Part shown: positions 46,247 through 56,417 of the stretch, one piece after another
How the letters are laid out: every line of letters begins with the position of its first letter
Numbering within the stretch: position 1 is the stretch's first letter
IMG/VR virus record: IMGVR_UViG_3300036760_000327
Location: 42,487-106,486 of that record
From: a virus
DNA: 64,000 nt
Direction: 5' to 3' (one strand)
Notes under the pieces: model-generated
Told to the model about the DNA's origin: nothing
Databases searched by the model: none
What the model saw: the letters and a program-made list of their open reading frames with translations, nothing else
Position numbers and translations under genes: made by a program

Positions 46247-48223
46247 TTAAAATTCCCACTTTCGAGCACCCGTTTTAGGATCATAACTTGTAGGGCTCGG
46301 CAATTCTTCTAAATATGGACTTATCTTTCCTGTTTTATTAACAATCAGTCCGCTACCTTTTCGTGAACCACCACTCATCGGAATATATTTTCCGATCTCT
46401 TCTTTAATCATATCTATTATTTCTTTGTTTTTTATAATATCCTTCTGTTCTTTAACTGCTTGCCGTCCGATAGGTTTATTACTAAACGAACCCCGTTCTG
46501 ATTTCAACAGAGGCCCTGGTGTGCCTTCTGATTTAGATCCAACTTTTTCAAAAAATGTCTGATAAGCGCCTGGCTTAACTTGATTGGATAAATGGGACTT
46601 AATATATTCGGGATCCCATCCCTCGGCTTGCGCCCAATCATTCCAATCAAATCCCTTTTCTAGTTTTTTTATCCTGGTTATTCTATACACATCTCCAGAT
46701 TCATCAAATTTTACCACATCCCCAATCTTTCCAAGAGGTTGACTACGAGTAGTTGCGGTTCTAACCCCATCCTTAATCATTTGCAAAGTAGACGTGCCTT
46801 CTGGATATAAATTATATAAATCTGTACGTACTCCTTCCGCAGGAACCTTATAATACATGGGTTTATATACGGCCATTTCTTTAGAAACAACCCCTGTGAT
46901 TTTTCCACCAGGAGGATTTAATATAACATACTTTGTCCCACCACCCGTTGTGCTTTCTCCAGATACACTCCATCCTTTTTCTATCCATTGATTTGCTTTA
47001 TCTTTAGTTACACGAATTGGGCCACCCTTAGATTTTAATAAAGGCCCTTCTTCTAATTTACTCCATAATTTATCAATTATCTTATTAGCATCTGTTTCAC
47101 CAAATTCTGCTTTAAGAAGATCTTCGTATTTTTTAGCCTGTAATCTTGTATTTAAATGTACATCTTGGGCAATTAATTCTAATTTTAAGGCGGATTTTGG
47201 ATCTTTAGGATCTGTAATACTAGTAATATCTTTCATTAATTTATTTTTAAAAGGACTATCATCAAAATTATTTATTTTAGTCTTTAGGTCATTGGTAAAT
47301 CTAACCCTGGCAAATGGATCAGTTTCTATTTTGGACCTAATCGGATTAGATTCAGTGGTAAAAGTCACAACATCATTATATAAATTTAACAACTTATCTG
47401 AAGTACTAAGTGGTTTAGTTTTAGATAAACCTTGTACTGTACTTTTTATACCCGTTTCTGTTCTAGTGCCTGGAGTTTGTAATAATTTCCACATTTCCTC
47501 TTTAGCTTCTGGAGTAAATGGAATTGGTCCAGACGAAAGCGGCAAATCTAATTTCTTGGCCACTTGTTCCGCCAAAGTATCCTCTATAAGTCTGGCCCCG
47601 AATTCTTCTCTTAATAAATTAGGAGGTACGCCTAATTTAGTTAATGCAGTTTCAGTACCAGTTGGTGATTTCATATATAAATCGTACACTAAATTTTTAA
47701 TTTCTGGATCCATGGCCTGTAATCCATGCCCAGCTCCTTCATGCAACAAAGCCGTAGGATCAGGTCTATATATATTTGCAGTACCTAATGGTCGTAATGG
47801 AGAAGGTGAAAGATATTCAGCAATTGAACTTGGGCGCCTTTCTAAAGGTTGAAATAAATTTACCGGCATTTCCTTTGTAATAGCTCCAACACGAGGAGCT
47901 ATTTCTTCAGCCGCCGCACCAACCCGTTTAATTGTATCCAGTGATTTTAATATCTGGGGTGATGTTAATGGGGATGTTTTATAAATAAAACCAGCGGGAC
48001 CACCCATCATTCCAGATGGGTCAGCCAACCCTAAGGCTCGTGCAAGACCATATATAAGTTTAGGCAAATCTGGTCCTATATTTGGTCCTGGTTGTTGTCC
48101 CAATAATGATTGATATTTATTGCCTTGTGTAAATGGACCCAGTACTGCATTCTTAATTTGTTCTGCTATTTCCTGTCCACTTTCTGGAGGCGACATTTGA
48201 ATAGGTGCTAATAAATCTGCCAT
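46247..48223 (-). CDS. multidomain protein with zincin-like motif and ASCH-like domain
   Basis: 'ALLHEGAGH...EEFGAR'; ASCH-like 'MIKDGVRTATTR...KIGDVVKF...WAQAEGW'. Confidence 0.5.
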   Translation of the reverse strand: MADLLAPIQMSPPESGQEIAEQIKNAVLGPFTQGNKYQSLLGQQPGPNIGPDLPKLIYGLARALGLADPSGMMGGPAGFIYKTSPLTSPQILKSLDTIKRVGAAAEEIAPRVGAITKEMPVNLFQPLERRPSSIAEYLSPSPLRPLGTANIYRPDPTALLHEGAGHGLQAMDPEIKNLVYDLYMKSPTGTETALTKLGVPPNLLREEFGARLIEDTLAEQVAKKLDLPLSSGPIPFTPEAKEEMWKLLQTPGTRTETGIKSTVQGLSKTKPLSTSDKLLNLYNDVVTFTTESNPIRSKIETDPFARVRFTNDLKTKINNFDDSPFKNKLMKDITSITDPKDPKSALKLELIAQDVHLNTRLQAKKYEDLLKAEFGETDANKIIDKLWSKLEEGPLLKSKGGPIRVTKDKANQWIEKGWSVSGESTTGGGTKYVILNPPGGKITGVVSKEMAVYKPMYYKVPAEGVRTDLYNLYPEGTSTLQMIKDGVRTATTRSQPLGKIGDVVKFDESGDVYRITRIKKLEKGFDWNDWAQAEGWDPEYIKSHLSNQVKPGAYQTFFEKVGSKSEGTPGPLLKSERGSFSNKPIGRQAVKEQKDIIKNKEIIDMIKEEIGKYIPMSGGSRKGSGLIVNKTGKISPYLEELPSPTSYDPKTGARKWEF

Positions 48224-50067
48224 TATTCACTAACTCCTGGAGCTTGTCCACTAACTGGCTGTGGTGATAATCCAGCTCTATTAAGTAATCCGCCGCCCGC
48301 GACACGACTCATTTCTTGCATTTGTTGTACTGCCGGAACAGGAGGACTTCCTGGAGGAGGTACATTTGGAACATTACCAGGCCCACCTGGTCTTTCTTGT
48401 GGCTTACCGCCGCCCTTTGTTCCCTGGCCTTTAAGCTGGTTTTCCATTTGCATTAACATTAATTTTTGTTGCAATGCTTGCTGTTGTTCTTGCTGTATTT
48501 GTTCGGGTGATTTTAATAATCTATTAATATTTTTTATATCCAACACATCCAAAACCATTTTTCTTAATTCCAATTGGTTAATTGCAGGATCCTGATTAAA
48601 TAATTTATAAGCTTGCATTAATTGTTGAATTCGCACTTCTTTTATTGCCGTAGTAGAAGAACCCATTGGCTGAAAATTATATTGCTTAAGAATTTCATTA
48701 ATATCCTGTTGATAAAATGATGTTCCATTATATCGTTGAAATTCTTCTATACCCACAATTCTAGCAAACTCCTCAGGGGGTAAAAAATGATAATCTAGCC
48801 ATATGAACATTTTAGCCATAGCTCTTAATACAGTAAATTCCAACATCTTAACAACTGTATCAAATCGTATGTTGCTCGCCTGCTGTAATCTAACAATACC
48901 TGTAGCTGTTTCTCTTCTTTCTGGCAGTCCGCCACGAGAGTACAAAGATTCTCCACTAGCATCGTCAATATCTTTTTTAATTATACTTTCTTCTACATAA
49001 GCTGATTTAGTAACATCCCGAGTATCCAGTGACTTAATAGCATTAATATCATTAGACAATATAACATTTCCTGGATAAGATACCATATTATCAAAATCAA
49101 TATCAGCATATTTATTAGCAATCCACATACGGTTAATAATTAAATTAACATTATCCATGCGTTGATTTCTAACACTATTCAACTCTTCTTGTAAATTTTC
49201 AGAAACTTCAGGAATTCCTATCCCATATAATTCATGCGGAACCGGAATATATCTTGCCATAATAAAAGGCAATAAACCCTGAAAAGGATTGTCTTCAATT
49301 TTTAATACAAAATTTCTTGCTCCTACAACAATAATCTTATCCCTATCCCAATATTCTAATATTTCTACAATTTGCCGATTACTATCAAAACCATATTCAT
49401 CCAATATACCAACACTAGATAATCTTTCTTTCTTATAAGAATCTACAGTGGCCATAGATTCTGTATGGTTCAATAATTCTGGAACATTTTCATAAAACCC
49501 CTGGTCATATAATCTTTGTAATTCATCATAATCAACATAAGAAAGATGGATAATGTATTTCATTCGACGGACAGACTTGGCCCTATAATCTGGAAAAACA
49601 TTAAAAATATCAAGTGGTTCAATATCTATATAATTAAAACTTACAATTTCATCATCATTAAATTTAGGAATTACTTTAGCAAATGAAGTTCCGTACATTA
49701 CTGTTTCTTTAAAAAACTCCATGATTTTATTAAATAATTCTAATTGTTCTTCATCTAATTGATATTCAAGTAATCTTTCTAATAAGACAGACATTCCTTC
49801 AGCAGCACCCTTGCGAGGAATAACCGAAAGAATAGGACGAACATTAAATATCGTGCCCAACATTTTTGGTGTAATACTCTCAACAATTGCAAATATGTAA
49901 GGAACAAAAATATTAGATTTAAAGGGAGTAATGGTCACGTCTCTCCAACTGCGATATAATTTATAAAAACGTTTCCAACGTTCCTCGTAAGGTGCCCGCC
50001 ACTGCTTAGCAGCTTCGTAAGTAGTGGTAACAAACAAACTTGGATTCTCATCTCTATTGATCGGCAT
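48223..50067 (-). CDS. portal protein (podovirus-type)
   Basis: 614 aa; 'YGIGIPE', 'NQRMDN', 'RETATGI'; Gln/Pro-rich tail; synteny with TerL and scaffold. Confidence 0.85.
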   Translation of the reverse strand: MPINRDENPSLFVTTTYEAAKQWRAPYEERWKRFYKLYRSWRDVTITPFKSNIFVPYIFAIVESITPKMLGTIFNVRPILSVIPRKGAAEGMSVLLERLLEYQLDEEQLELFNKIMEFFKETVMYGTSFAKVIPKFNDDEIVSFNYIDIEPLDIFNVFPDYRAKSVRRMKYIIHLSYVDYDELQRLYDQGFYENVPELLNHTESMATVDSYKKERLSSVGILDEYGFDSNRQIVEILEYWDRDKIIVVGARNFVLKIEDNPFQGLLPFIMARYIPVPHELYGIGIPEVSENLQEELNSVRNQRMDNVNLIINRMWIANKYADIDFDNMVSYPGNVILSNDINAIKSLDTRDVTKSAYVEESIIKKDIDDASGESLYSRGGLPERRETATGIVRLQQASNIRFDTVVKMLEFTVLRAMAKMFIWLDYHFLPPEEFARIVGIEEFQRYNGTSFYQQDINEILKQYNFQPMGSSTTAIKEVRIQQLMQAYKLFNQDPAINQLELRKMVLDVLDIKNINRLLKSPEQIQQEQQQALQQKLMLMQMENQLKGQGTKGGGKPQERPGGPGNVPNVPPPGSPPVPAVQQMQEMSRVAGGGLLNRAGLSPQPVSGQAPGVSE

Positions 50068-50093
50068 TATTTATTATCCTTTATATCTTAATC

Positions 50094-51050
50094 TTACTTT
50101 AAATAATCAGATAAGAACGGTAATGACGGAAAAAGATCAGGCATACCAGATTGTCCTATTGGTACTGCTGCCGTTTCACCTGATTGTGCAAAAGGACTTA
50201 AACCAAGATTTAATCGTTTCATAGCATGTTCAACTGCCTTATCTACTATTGCTTGCGTTGGAGTTCCACCACCCAACAAATAATCAATTTCCTTTTTAGT
50301 TAATGTTGGAACAAGAGTTGGCACTTCTGTTTCTTTTCCCTGAATTGGCACTCCAATTGATATTTCGGTAGATACTCCCTTATCCGGTCTGGTTAATGTA
50401 CCCCAAAAACCTGGACCCTTCTGCCTTACTTTAGGTATATTACTCGGTAATACATCAGATAATTTTGGTTCAAATAATCCAGTAAGTTCTGGATTTTCTC
50501 TTAATAAATTAGCAATTCCAACAATTCTATTTGCTTGAGGCTTATCTTTCCAAAAATTTATTTTTTGATACGGCTTTCCAAATACCCGCGTTGTATCAAG
50601 TTGATATTTAACAACATCAGGATGACCAGTATAAATAGTTTTTCCTGTTCCTGAATAAGCCTGCAAAGCTGATAACAAATCTCCTGAATAACGTTTAAAT
50701 TGATCAGCTAAATACTTAGCCCCATAATCAATTATCGTTTGTCGTTGTTTTTCTAATTGCGTATCCGGTATTTTCTCCATTTGTTTTTGTAATTCAGGAT
50801 GCTTGTTCCAGAATATATGAACAGGATTACCATAATCCTGATTACCTAATCCACTTTCTGAAATACCAAGAGCCGTATAAAGAGAAGGATCTACTTCATG
50901 GCGTTTGGCTGCATCTATAAAATCTAGCATTGCATTTAAACTATACCAATCTGCCAATTTAGGATGTTCTAGATAAACCCAACTCGAGGGATCCTCGTGC
51001 GCTCCAGTTTCATAAAATCTTTTTGTTTTCCAATCTTTATAATCAGGCAT
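50094..51050 (-). CDS. lytic transglycosylase (SLT-like) domain protein
   Basis: 'AAKRHEVDPSLYTALGISESGL', 'GAKYLAD', 'ALQAYSG'; TAATG coupling with TerL. Confidence 0.65.
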   Translation of the reverse strand: MPDYKDWKTKRFYETGAHEDPSSWVYLEHPKLADWYSLNAMLDFIDAAKRHEVDPSLYTALGISESGLGNQDYGNPVHIFWNKHPELQKQMEKIPDTQLEKQRQTIIDYGAKYLADQFKRYSGDLLSALQAYSGTGKTIYTGHPDVVKYQLDTTRVFGKPYQKINFWKDKPQANRIVGIANLLRENPELTGLFEPKLSDVLPSNIPKVRQKGPGFWGTLTRPDKGVSTEISIGVPIQGKETEVPTLVPTLTKKEIDYLLGGGTPTQAIVDKAVEHAMKRLNLGLSPFAQSGETAAVPIGQSGMPDLFPSLPFLSDYLK

Positions 51051-52417
51051 TAGAAATATCCTGTCACTCGACTTATTTTTACTGGAGTTTTGGGAATTGC
51101 GTGAAAATCTGGATGTCGATAAACTATTGGGACCATGCACGCGTAGCGCAATGCATCGAGTATATGATTATCTTTTTTTAATATTCTCTCTTTTGGATCT
51201 CTTTGATCTCTATTACGCGCCCAATTATCCCAAATTAAATGATGAAATTGTCTTATTGTATTTACACAATTCCGAGTTACAAATAATCTTGGCCTTTTAT
51301 TTTTTCCCTGATCTAATAATGCATTTAATTCCAAAATACCCTCGGATACTCTTTTATCTGCATCCTGACAATATAAACCATACGGCATCAACATTTCTTT
51401 ATAACTTTTACCAGATGTTGCTTGTACAATATTACCTGATGTATCCATTACGCATAATTGCGGTTTTCTTCCTTTTAATTTTTTAAGTATTTCCTCTGCA
51501 ATTTCAGGAACTGTGCCTGCCTGTAATATTTCATCATAAACAATATATTCATTTTCTCGATTAAATGCTATAAAAGGAATCCCCCACGGATTTCGATCAT
51601 GTGGATCAATACCAAGAATAATCATATGATCATTTGTTATAACCATAGGTTCAATTATATTTTTATCCGAAAATGATTTAAAAACTAATCCACTTTTAGG
51701 TATAAATTCACCCATTAACGCGGCGTCTAAATTATCCCGCATCGCAGGATTGGCTTTAACCGCCTCAATCTCATCTTTAGAAATATGCGGATTTTCATCT
51801 GTTCTAACATGCCAATGCTCTACCGCTGGCGGAACAGCATCTGGATTATCATATAATTCTGAATACAACCAGGAAAGCCCGTGGATCGGCGTACAACTTA
51901 TAATTAATTTTCCCCCGACATCTACTGTTCGCATAAAGTTACTTTGAAAAATATCCAATGGAGGTTCTTCATCCATTCCAACGATTTGACGACTGGTTCC
52001 TTCAAAAGACTCAAGTTCAGATTCAAATGATTTTAATTCAATCTCGGTTCCATTTCTCAATAATATAATTGGACGTTCTTTACTACAATGACCATCCCAT
52101 GCCCAAGGATATAAGAACCGTTTAAAATATGGTAAAGCAATTCTAAATATTGCATTAAAATCTACTGTACAATATCGAATTTGCAAAGGGGGCGGGGGAT
52201 ACGGTAAGAATGGATGAATACCAGTTGCCGCCCAACAAATTTCTACAATATGCGAATAAGTTTTGCCGGATCGTTTTCCCCCGAGCAATAATCTCGTTTT
52301 AGAATTACTCTTGTGGAAAGCCAACATCTTATTATTATTCGGCTTATAAGAAAGTAAATCTGTAGATTGTTCTAGTTTAGATTGAGTTAAAGGATCATAA
52401 TTTTCTATATTCATCAT
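51050..52417 (-). CDS. terL: terminase large subunit
   Basis: Walker A 'GGKRSGKT', Walker B 'GMDEEP', 'CTP' coupling motif, RNase H 'GIDPH' and 'DNHILDALRY'. Confidence 0.92.
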   Translation of the reverse strand: MMNIENYDPLTQSKLEQSTDLLSYKPNNNKMLAFHKSNSKTRLLLGGKRSGKTYSHIVEICWAATGIHPFLPYPPPPLQIRYCTVDFNAIFRIALPYFKRFLYPWAWDGHCSKERPIILLRNGTEIELKSFESELESFEGTSRQIVGMDEEPPLDIFQSNFMRTVDVGGKLIISCTPIHGLSWLYSELYDNPDAVPPAVEHWHVRTDENPHISKDEIEAVKANPAMRDNLDAALMGEFIPKSGLVFKSFSDKNIIEPMVITNDHMIILGIDPHDRNPWGIPFIAFNRENEYIVYDEILQAGTVPEIAEEILKKLKGRKPQLCVMDTSGNIVQATSGKSYKEMLMPYGLYCQDADKRVSEGILELNALLDQGKNKRPRLFVTRNCVNTIRQFHHLIWDNWARNRDQRDPKERILKKDNHILDALRYACMVPIVYRHPDFHAIPKTPVKISRVTGYF

Positions 52418-53676
52418 TAAAATTTTATATTAATTTGCTGGGACAAAGCGGCCAATTCTTTTATTCCCTCGTCTAAACTATCCGTAAAAGTATCTATATA
52501 ATATCCTTCAACCTGGGAAGCATATTCTTTAACTTTCCCGATTGCTTCTTCTATTGTATCTCCAACAGCTACCACAGCCGCAATTTCGGGTATTCCTACT
52601 AGTTGTGGAACAACATAATATTCTTTGTTAATAATGGTTAAATTTCTAAGTTTTATATTTTTTCGTATGCCAGAAGGAAATTGCACAGCTTGCCAATTCT
52701 TATCTGCCCACATAGACTGTATTAACAATTCTGCGCCGTACGTATATGAACAAATAGGATCAATTAATTTACCGTTTGCTCCGTTCCATATAATATCCGA
52801 CAAATTCTCTATCATAATTTGGTATAACTCGCCAGGCGGACTTCCCATACGAGTGCAGGGATCTAAAAAATATGGTATCTTATTTTTTATACGTAACTCA
52901 GATGAAAAAAAATTTCTATATCTATAACTTTTTAAAACGGGAGATAAGCGCTCATTAACATAAGAAATCTGTTTAGGCATTTTAGAAGCATCTGTAAATT
53001 TTTCTAAATAACCTTTGTCCTTAACTTCTATTCCATAAAAAGCACTTCTTGGAAATTGTCCGTCAATTGTATATCCATCATAACCAATCTCTATGGCATC
53101 ATCTATGGCATCCTCGACAATAAACTTCGTAATACTATTTTTTGCCCCCAATAAATATTCTATTTCATTTAATTTTGGTTCAATTAATTTATAATTTTTA
53201 GACGGAAAGGTTTCAAAATCTCCACGAGTAACATTTATTTTTATCCATTTATTATCATTCAATTTCAAATATTTACGAAGATTATCCATTCCAATAATAA
53301 CTTCATATTTATTTATGGGAATTTTTAAACTTTTAAAAAGTTGTTTTGTTTTATCCCTTTGTAATTCTAATTGTTCTCCCTTCCGGCTTCCCCATACTCT
53401 TTTTCCTAATTTTTCCAAATGTAATTGCAGCGGACCAAAATATATATCAGGAAATACAAATAAATCTATATCATCAATAATACTCCAGAAATCATTAACT
53501 CTAGTGATTCCAGGAACACCATACCCAACCAGCATATCATTAGATCTAGGAAACGAACTCTCCCACGGACTATAATAATAAACTTTTCCAAAAGACTCTG
53601 ATAAAGTAATTGCCAACTCTACGAACAAACCATTATCTATAATACAGACAGATTTAGTTTTATAATTATTTTCCAT
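52417..53676 (-). CDS. ATP-grasp ligase (PurD-like fold)
   Basis: 'VWGSRKGEQLELQRDKTKQLFKSLKIP', 'FIVEDAID..IEIG', 'LDPCTRMGSP'. Confidence 0.7.
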   Translation of the reverse strand: MENNYKTKSVCIIDNGLFVELAITLSESFGKVYYYSPWESSFPRSNDMLVGYGVPGITRVNDFWSIIDDIDLFVFPDIYFGPLQLHLEKLGKRVWGSRKGEQLELQRDKTKQLFKSLKIPINKYEVIIGMDNLRKYLKLNDNKWIKINVTRGDFETFPSKNYKLIEPKLNEIEYLLGAKNSITKFIVEDAIDDAIEIGYDGYTIDGQFPRSAFYGIEVKDKGYLEKFTDASKMPKQISYVNERLSPVLKSYRYRNFFSSELRIKNKIPYFLDPCTRMGSPPGELYQIMIENLSDIIWNGANGKLIDPICSYTYGAELLIQSMWADKNWQAVQFPSGIRKNIKLRNLTIINKEYYVVPQLVGIPEIAAVVAVGDTIEEAIGKVKEYASQVEGYYIDTFTDSLDEGIKELAALSQQINIKF

Positions 53677-54025
53677 TTAATCGAAGTTCCATTATCTTTT
53701 TCTGATTTACTTTTAAACCAAATTCTTTTAATTTAATCATAACTCTTTTTGCATCAAACGGTTTACAACTTGCAATAAATAAATATGCTCCATGAAAATC
53801 ATCCCATACATCAAATGCCATAAAAGATTCAGTCAGTGCTTGAAAAAAAGTAAATCCATTACCACCCTTAGAATCAAATGGATATGTACATAATAAAGCA
53901 CCTGGCATGGACGTCATTCCAATTGTTTTTATAATAGCATTTGACAACTTTAAAATATCTTCTTGACTAATAACTCCCTTAAGAGAAAGCGCTATTATAT
54001 TTATTCTCTCTCCAAATTTAAGCAC
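53666..54025 (-). CDS. S-adenosylmethionine decarboxylase (SpeD)-like pyruvoyl proenzyme
   Basis: 'GFTFFQALTESFMAFDVW...LFIASCKPFD' matches the E|S autocleavage region, but ESH is ESF. Confidence 0.6.
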   Translation of the reverse strand: MLKFGERINIIALSLKGVISQEDILKLSNAIIKTIGMTSMPGALLCTYPFDSKGGNGFTFFQALTESFMAFDVWDDFHGAYLFIASCKPFDAKRVMIKLKEFGLKVNQKKIMELRLNGK

Positions 54026-54365
54026 AAAAAATTTCCTCGTATTTCTTCCAGGGAATTTTTAAATAACTACAAATTAATCTTTCTATGCCTTCTGCAAATA
54101 AATGTGCATCTCTATACGGTGCATCTATCTCAAGTCCAGGTTCTTCTACATTTAAATGATTTTTATCAAAATTGGATATTACTTCCTCTGGAATACCAGC
54201 ATGTTTAGTTAACATTTCTTCGATTATGGCGTGTATCAAAATTAATTTATCATATATTTCATTACCAGTTTCAGCAATCTCAAATACTAATTCGCCATTT
54301 TTATAAAAAAAATCATCATATTGTAGATTTCTGATGGTGTCTTTCGGCTTAATCTTAATTTGCAT
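54018..54365 (-). CDS. hypothetical phage protein
   Basis: 'IHAIIE...EPG...APYRDAH...E' conserved-looking motif; overlaps its neighbours. Confidence 0.5.
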   Translation of the reverse strand: MQIKIKPKDTIRNLQYDDFFYKNGELVFEIAETGNEIYDKLILIHAIIEEMLTKHAGIPEEVISNFDKNHLNVEEPGLEIDAPYRDAHLFAEGIERLICSYLKIPWKKYEEIFCA

Positions 54366-54621
54366 TTTTTCTCAACTGAATATAATTCCAAATACAAGTA
54401 CCAATTAAAATCATGTCAACCGGAATAAGAACTGCCCAATTGCCAAAATAACCGAATAGTCCAATCAATATTTGACCAGCAATTTTAGCTGGCAATAACC
54501 CCAAAAATTTTATAACAGGATTAAGTTCTTTCCCGCCTTTACGTAAAATTATTCTGGTAAAATAAAAATCTAGCCAATTTAAAATTGTAAATAAAATATA
54601 CAAAGAAATAAAAGGAATCAT
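54355..54621 (-). CDS. small membrane protein
   Basis: Three hydrophobic segments and 'ELNP'. Confidence 0.55.
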   Translation of the reverse strand: MIPFISLYILFTILNWLDFYFTRIILRKGGKELNPVIKFLGLLPAKIAGQILIGLFGYFGNWAVLIPVDMILIGTCIWNYIQLRKNAN

Positions 54622-54852
54622 TTACACCCCCGCAATTGTCTTAATCTGATCCTTCTGGGCTTGAGTTAAAAAGTCCCACCTATCCCTTATAGATTTAGAT
54701 TCTTCATCAAGCATTTCTCTAATCCAGGATGCCAAAAGACTTTTCACGACATAACCATCAAAGACCTGAGCCTTAGTCTTCTTCTCTTTTGTTGCCTTCC
54801 AAGTAAGTGCCTTATCTTCTAAATCTGAAATTGTAATTGAATAGATTGCCAT
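54622..54852 (-). CDS. hypothetical protein
   Basis: RBS AAGGAGG. Confidence 0.5.
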   Translation of the reverse strand: MAIYSITISDLEDKALTWKATKEKKTKAQVFDGYVVKSLLASWIREMLDEESKSIRDRWDFLTQAQKDQIKTIAGV

Positions 54853-54900
54853 TTTAATCCTCCTTTATGGCGAGATTTAAAATTTCTTCTCATTTTAATA

Positions 54901-55779
54901 TCACGAAGTGGGTGCTATAGAATCCTCATACCACACTGTTATCCTTACTTGCCCAGTCGCAGCCGCTGGTGTTGCATTTGGAGTAATTCTTATCTTTTGC
55001 GCCGCCCCATTGTTGTAAGGACAATTTAGATTGCCCTTATCTGTACTATTTGCTGCCGTAGAAACCGCTGCCGTATTAAATACTGTTGTAGAAGTTGCTC
55101 CAGTCACTGTGAAGGTGGCTGCTGTTGGAATGACTGTCACGACCCTAACCGAAACAGCTTTTACAATTACATTAGCAGGAATTTGAATCACTGTATCAGT
55201 GGTGGCCGCAGCCGCTATGGTGGTGAGTTCACTTAGAGACTTATAAGAAATTTGCTGACCATTTGCTAATCCCGTGCTTAATTGACCGTCTGGAGCAGGC
55301 GTCCCGATGCCGACATTGCCGCTTGTTGTATACACATTTCCCGTTGTTGAATCAAACCGTAAAAACTCGGTGAGAGCATTAACTTTCCATCCAGAAAACC
55401 TCATATCTACATTTGTACTAGAGGGAGAAATCATCTGAATATGCCCTAACTTTGTTGCGCCTTGATAAAATCCTAATGTGGCTGATGCCCCAACCGGAAA
55501 TTCTGCTGTTTCTAACCTTATTTCCGAAGCTGAAACATGACTCACTTGCAACCCCGCCCCCGGCCCCGTCGTCCCGATGCTGACGTTGCCTCCCATTATT
55601 GAGAGTAAGCCAGCTCCTGAACGATAAAGACCAAGTGTCGGCTCACTTGCAAAAGCCAAACTCAGAGCAGTCGACAAACCATCGAGAAGAAAGATGGGCA
55701 ATGTTGATGTTATTTTTGATCCGTCTGAACTTAATCCAGCAACTCCACTATTCCACGCACCAGCACGATCCCAACTCAT
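54901..55779 (-). CDS. fibre-like virion protein
   Basis: 'GNVSIGTTGP' and 'GNVGIGTPAP' beta repeats typical of phage fibres. Confidence 0.65.
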   Translation of the reverse strand: MSWDRAGAWNSGVAGLSSDGSKITSTLPIFLLDGLSTALSLAFASEPTLGLYRSGAGLLSIMGGNVSIGTTGPGAGLQVSHVSASEIRLETAEFPVGASATLGFYQGATKLGHIQMISPSSTNVDMRFSGWKVNALTEFLRFDSTTGNVYTTSGNVGIGTPAPDGQLSTGLANGQQISYKSLSELTTIAAAATTDTVIQIPANVIVKAVSVRVVTVIPTAATFTVTGATSTTVFNTAAVSTAANSTDKGNLNCPYNNGAAQKIRITPNATPAAATGQVRITVWYEDSIAPTS

Positions 55780-55781
55780 TT

Positions 55782-56027
55782 TTATTTCACCTCGTCTAGG
55801 ATAATACTATAATCATTTGCTATATTGCCATTTTCATAACCATGATTCTTAACTATCTTTTTAATCAATTCATCCAATTCTTTTTGCATTCTAGGAATTT
55901 GATCATTTAAAACTATAAACCTTTCTTTAATAGCCATAGCTTCATTCTGTCGAGCTAAAATCTTACTATTCAATTCCAATAATTCAATTTTCTCCGCATC
56001 ATTTAAATATACTTTTTCGTCCATCAT
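55782..56027 (-). CDS. small coiled-coil protein
   Basis: RBS AAGGAGG; heptad pattern. Confidence 0.5.
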   Translation of the reverse strand: MMDEKVYLNDAEKIELLELNSKILARQNEAMAIKERFIVLNDQIPRMQKELDELIKKIVKNHGYENGNIANDYSIILDEVK

Positions 56028-56047
56028 CTTCCTCCTTTTATTAGGGA

Positions 56048-56416
56048 TTAGGATTGTTTAAAAAATCTAACTGATAAGGTAACATTTGGATCGCTTGTAC
56101 TTAAAGCCGTAGCCCTAAATCTTATAAATCGCATTGGAACAGGAGCTATACTTTTTACCACTGTCCCAGCCCCTTTATCAGATTCTATATCTGAAACTCC
56201 TGTTGGATATACAAAATTACTAGAAGTATTGTCATAACTTTCTTCCACATATATTCTTGCATGAGCAGTTCCTGTAGACGCGACAGTATACCATATTCCA
56301 AAATAACCTTGATCACTAACATCTATAGGATCACTAACTGCTGTTGCACCACTTGTCAATATGGTTAATGAAAATACTGACAATATCTCCCCTTCTCCTT
56401 TTACTGGTTGGCCCAT
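56048..56416 (-). CDS. putative virion beta-sandwich protein
   Basis: 'MRFIRFRA' beta-rich pattern; RBS AAGGAG. Confidence 0.45.
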   Translation of the reverse strand: MGQPVKGEGEILSVFSLTILTSGATAVSDPIDVSDQGYFGIWYTVASTGTAHARIYVEESYDNTSSNFVYPTGVSDIESDKGAGTVVKSIAPVPMRFIRFRATALSTSDPNVTLSVRFFKQS

Positions 56417-56417
56417 T

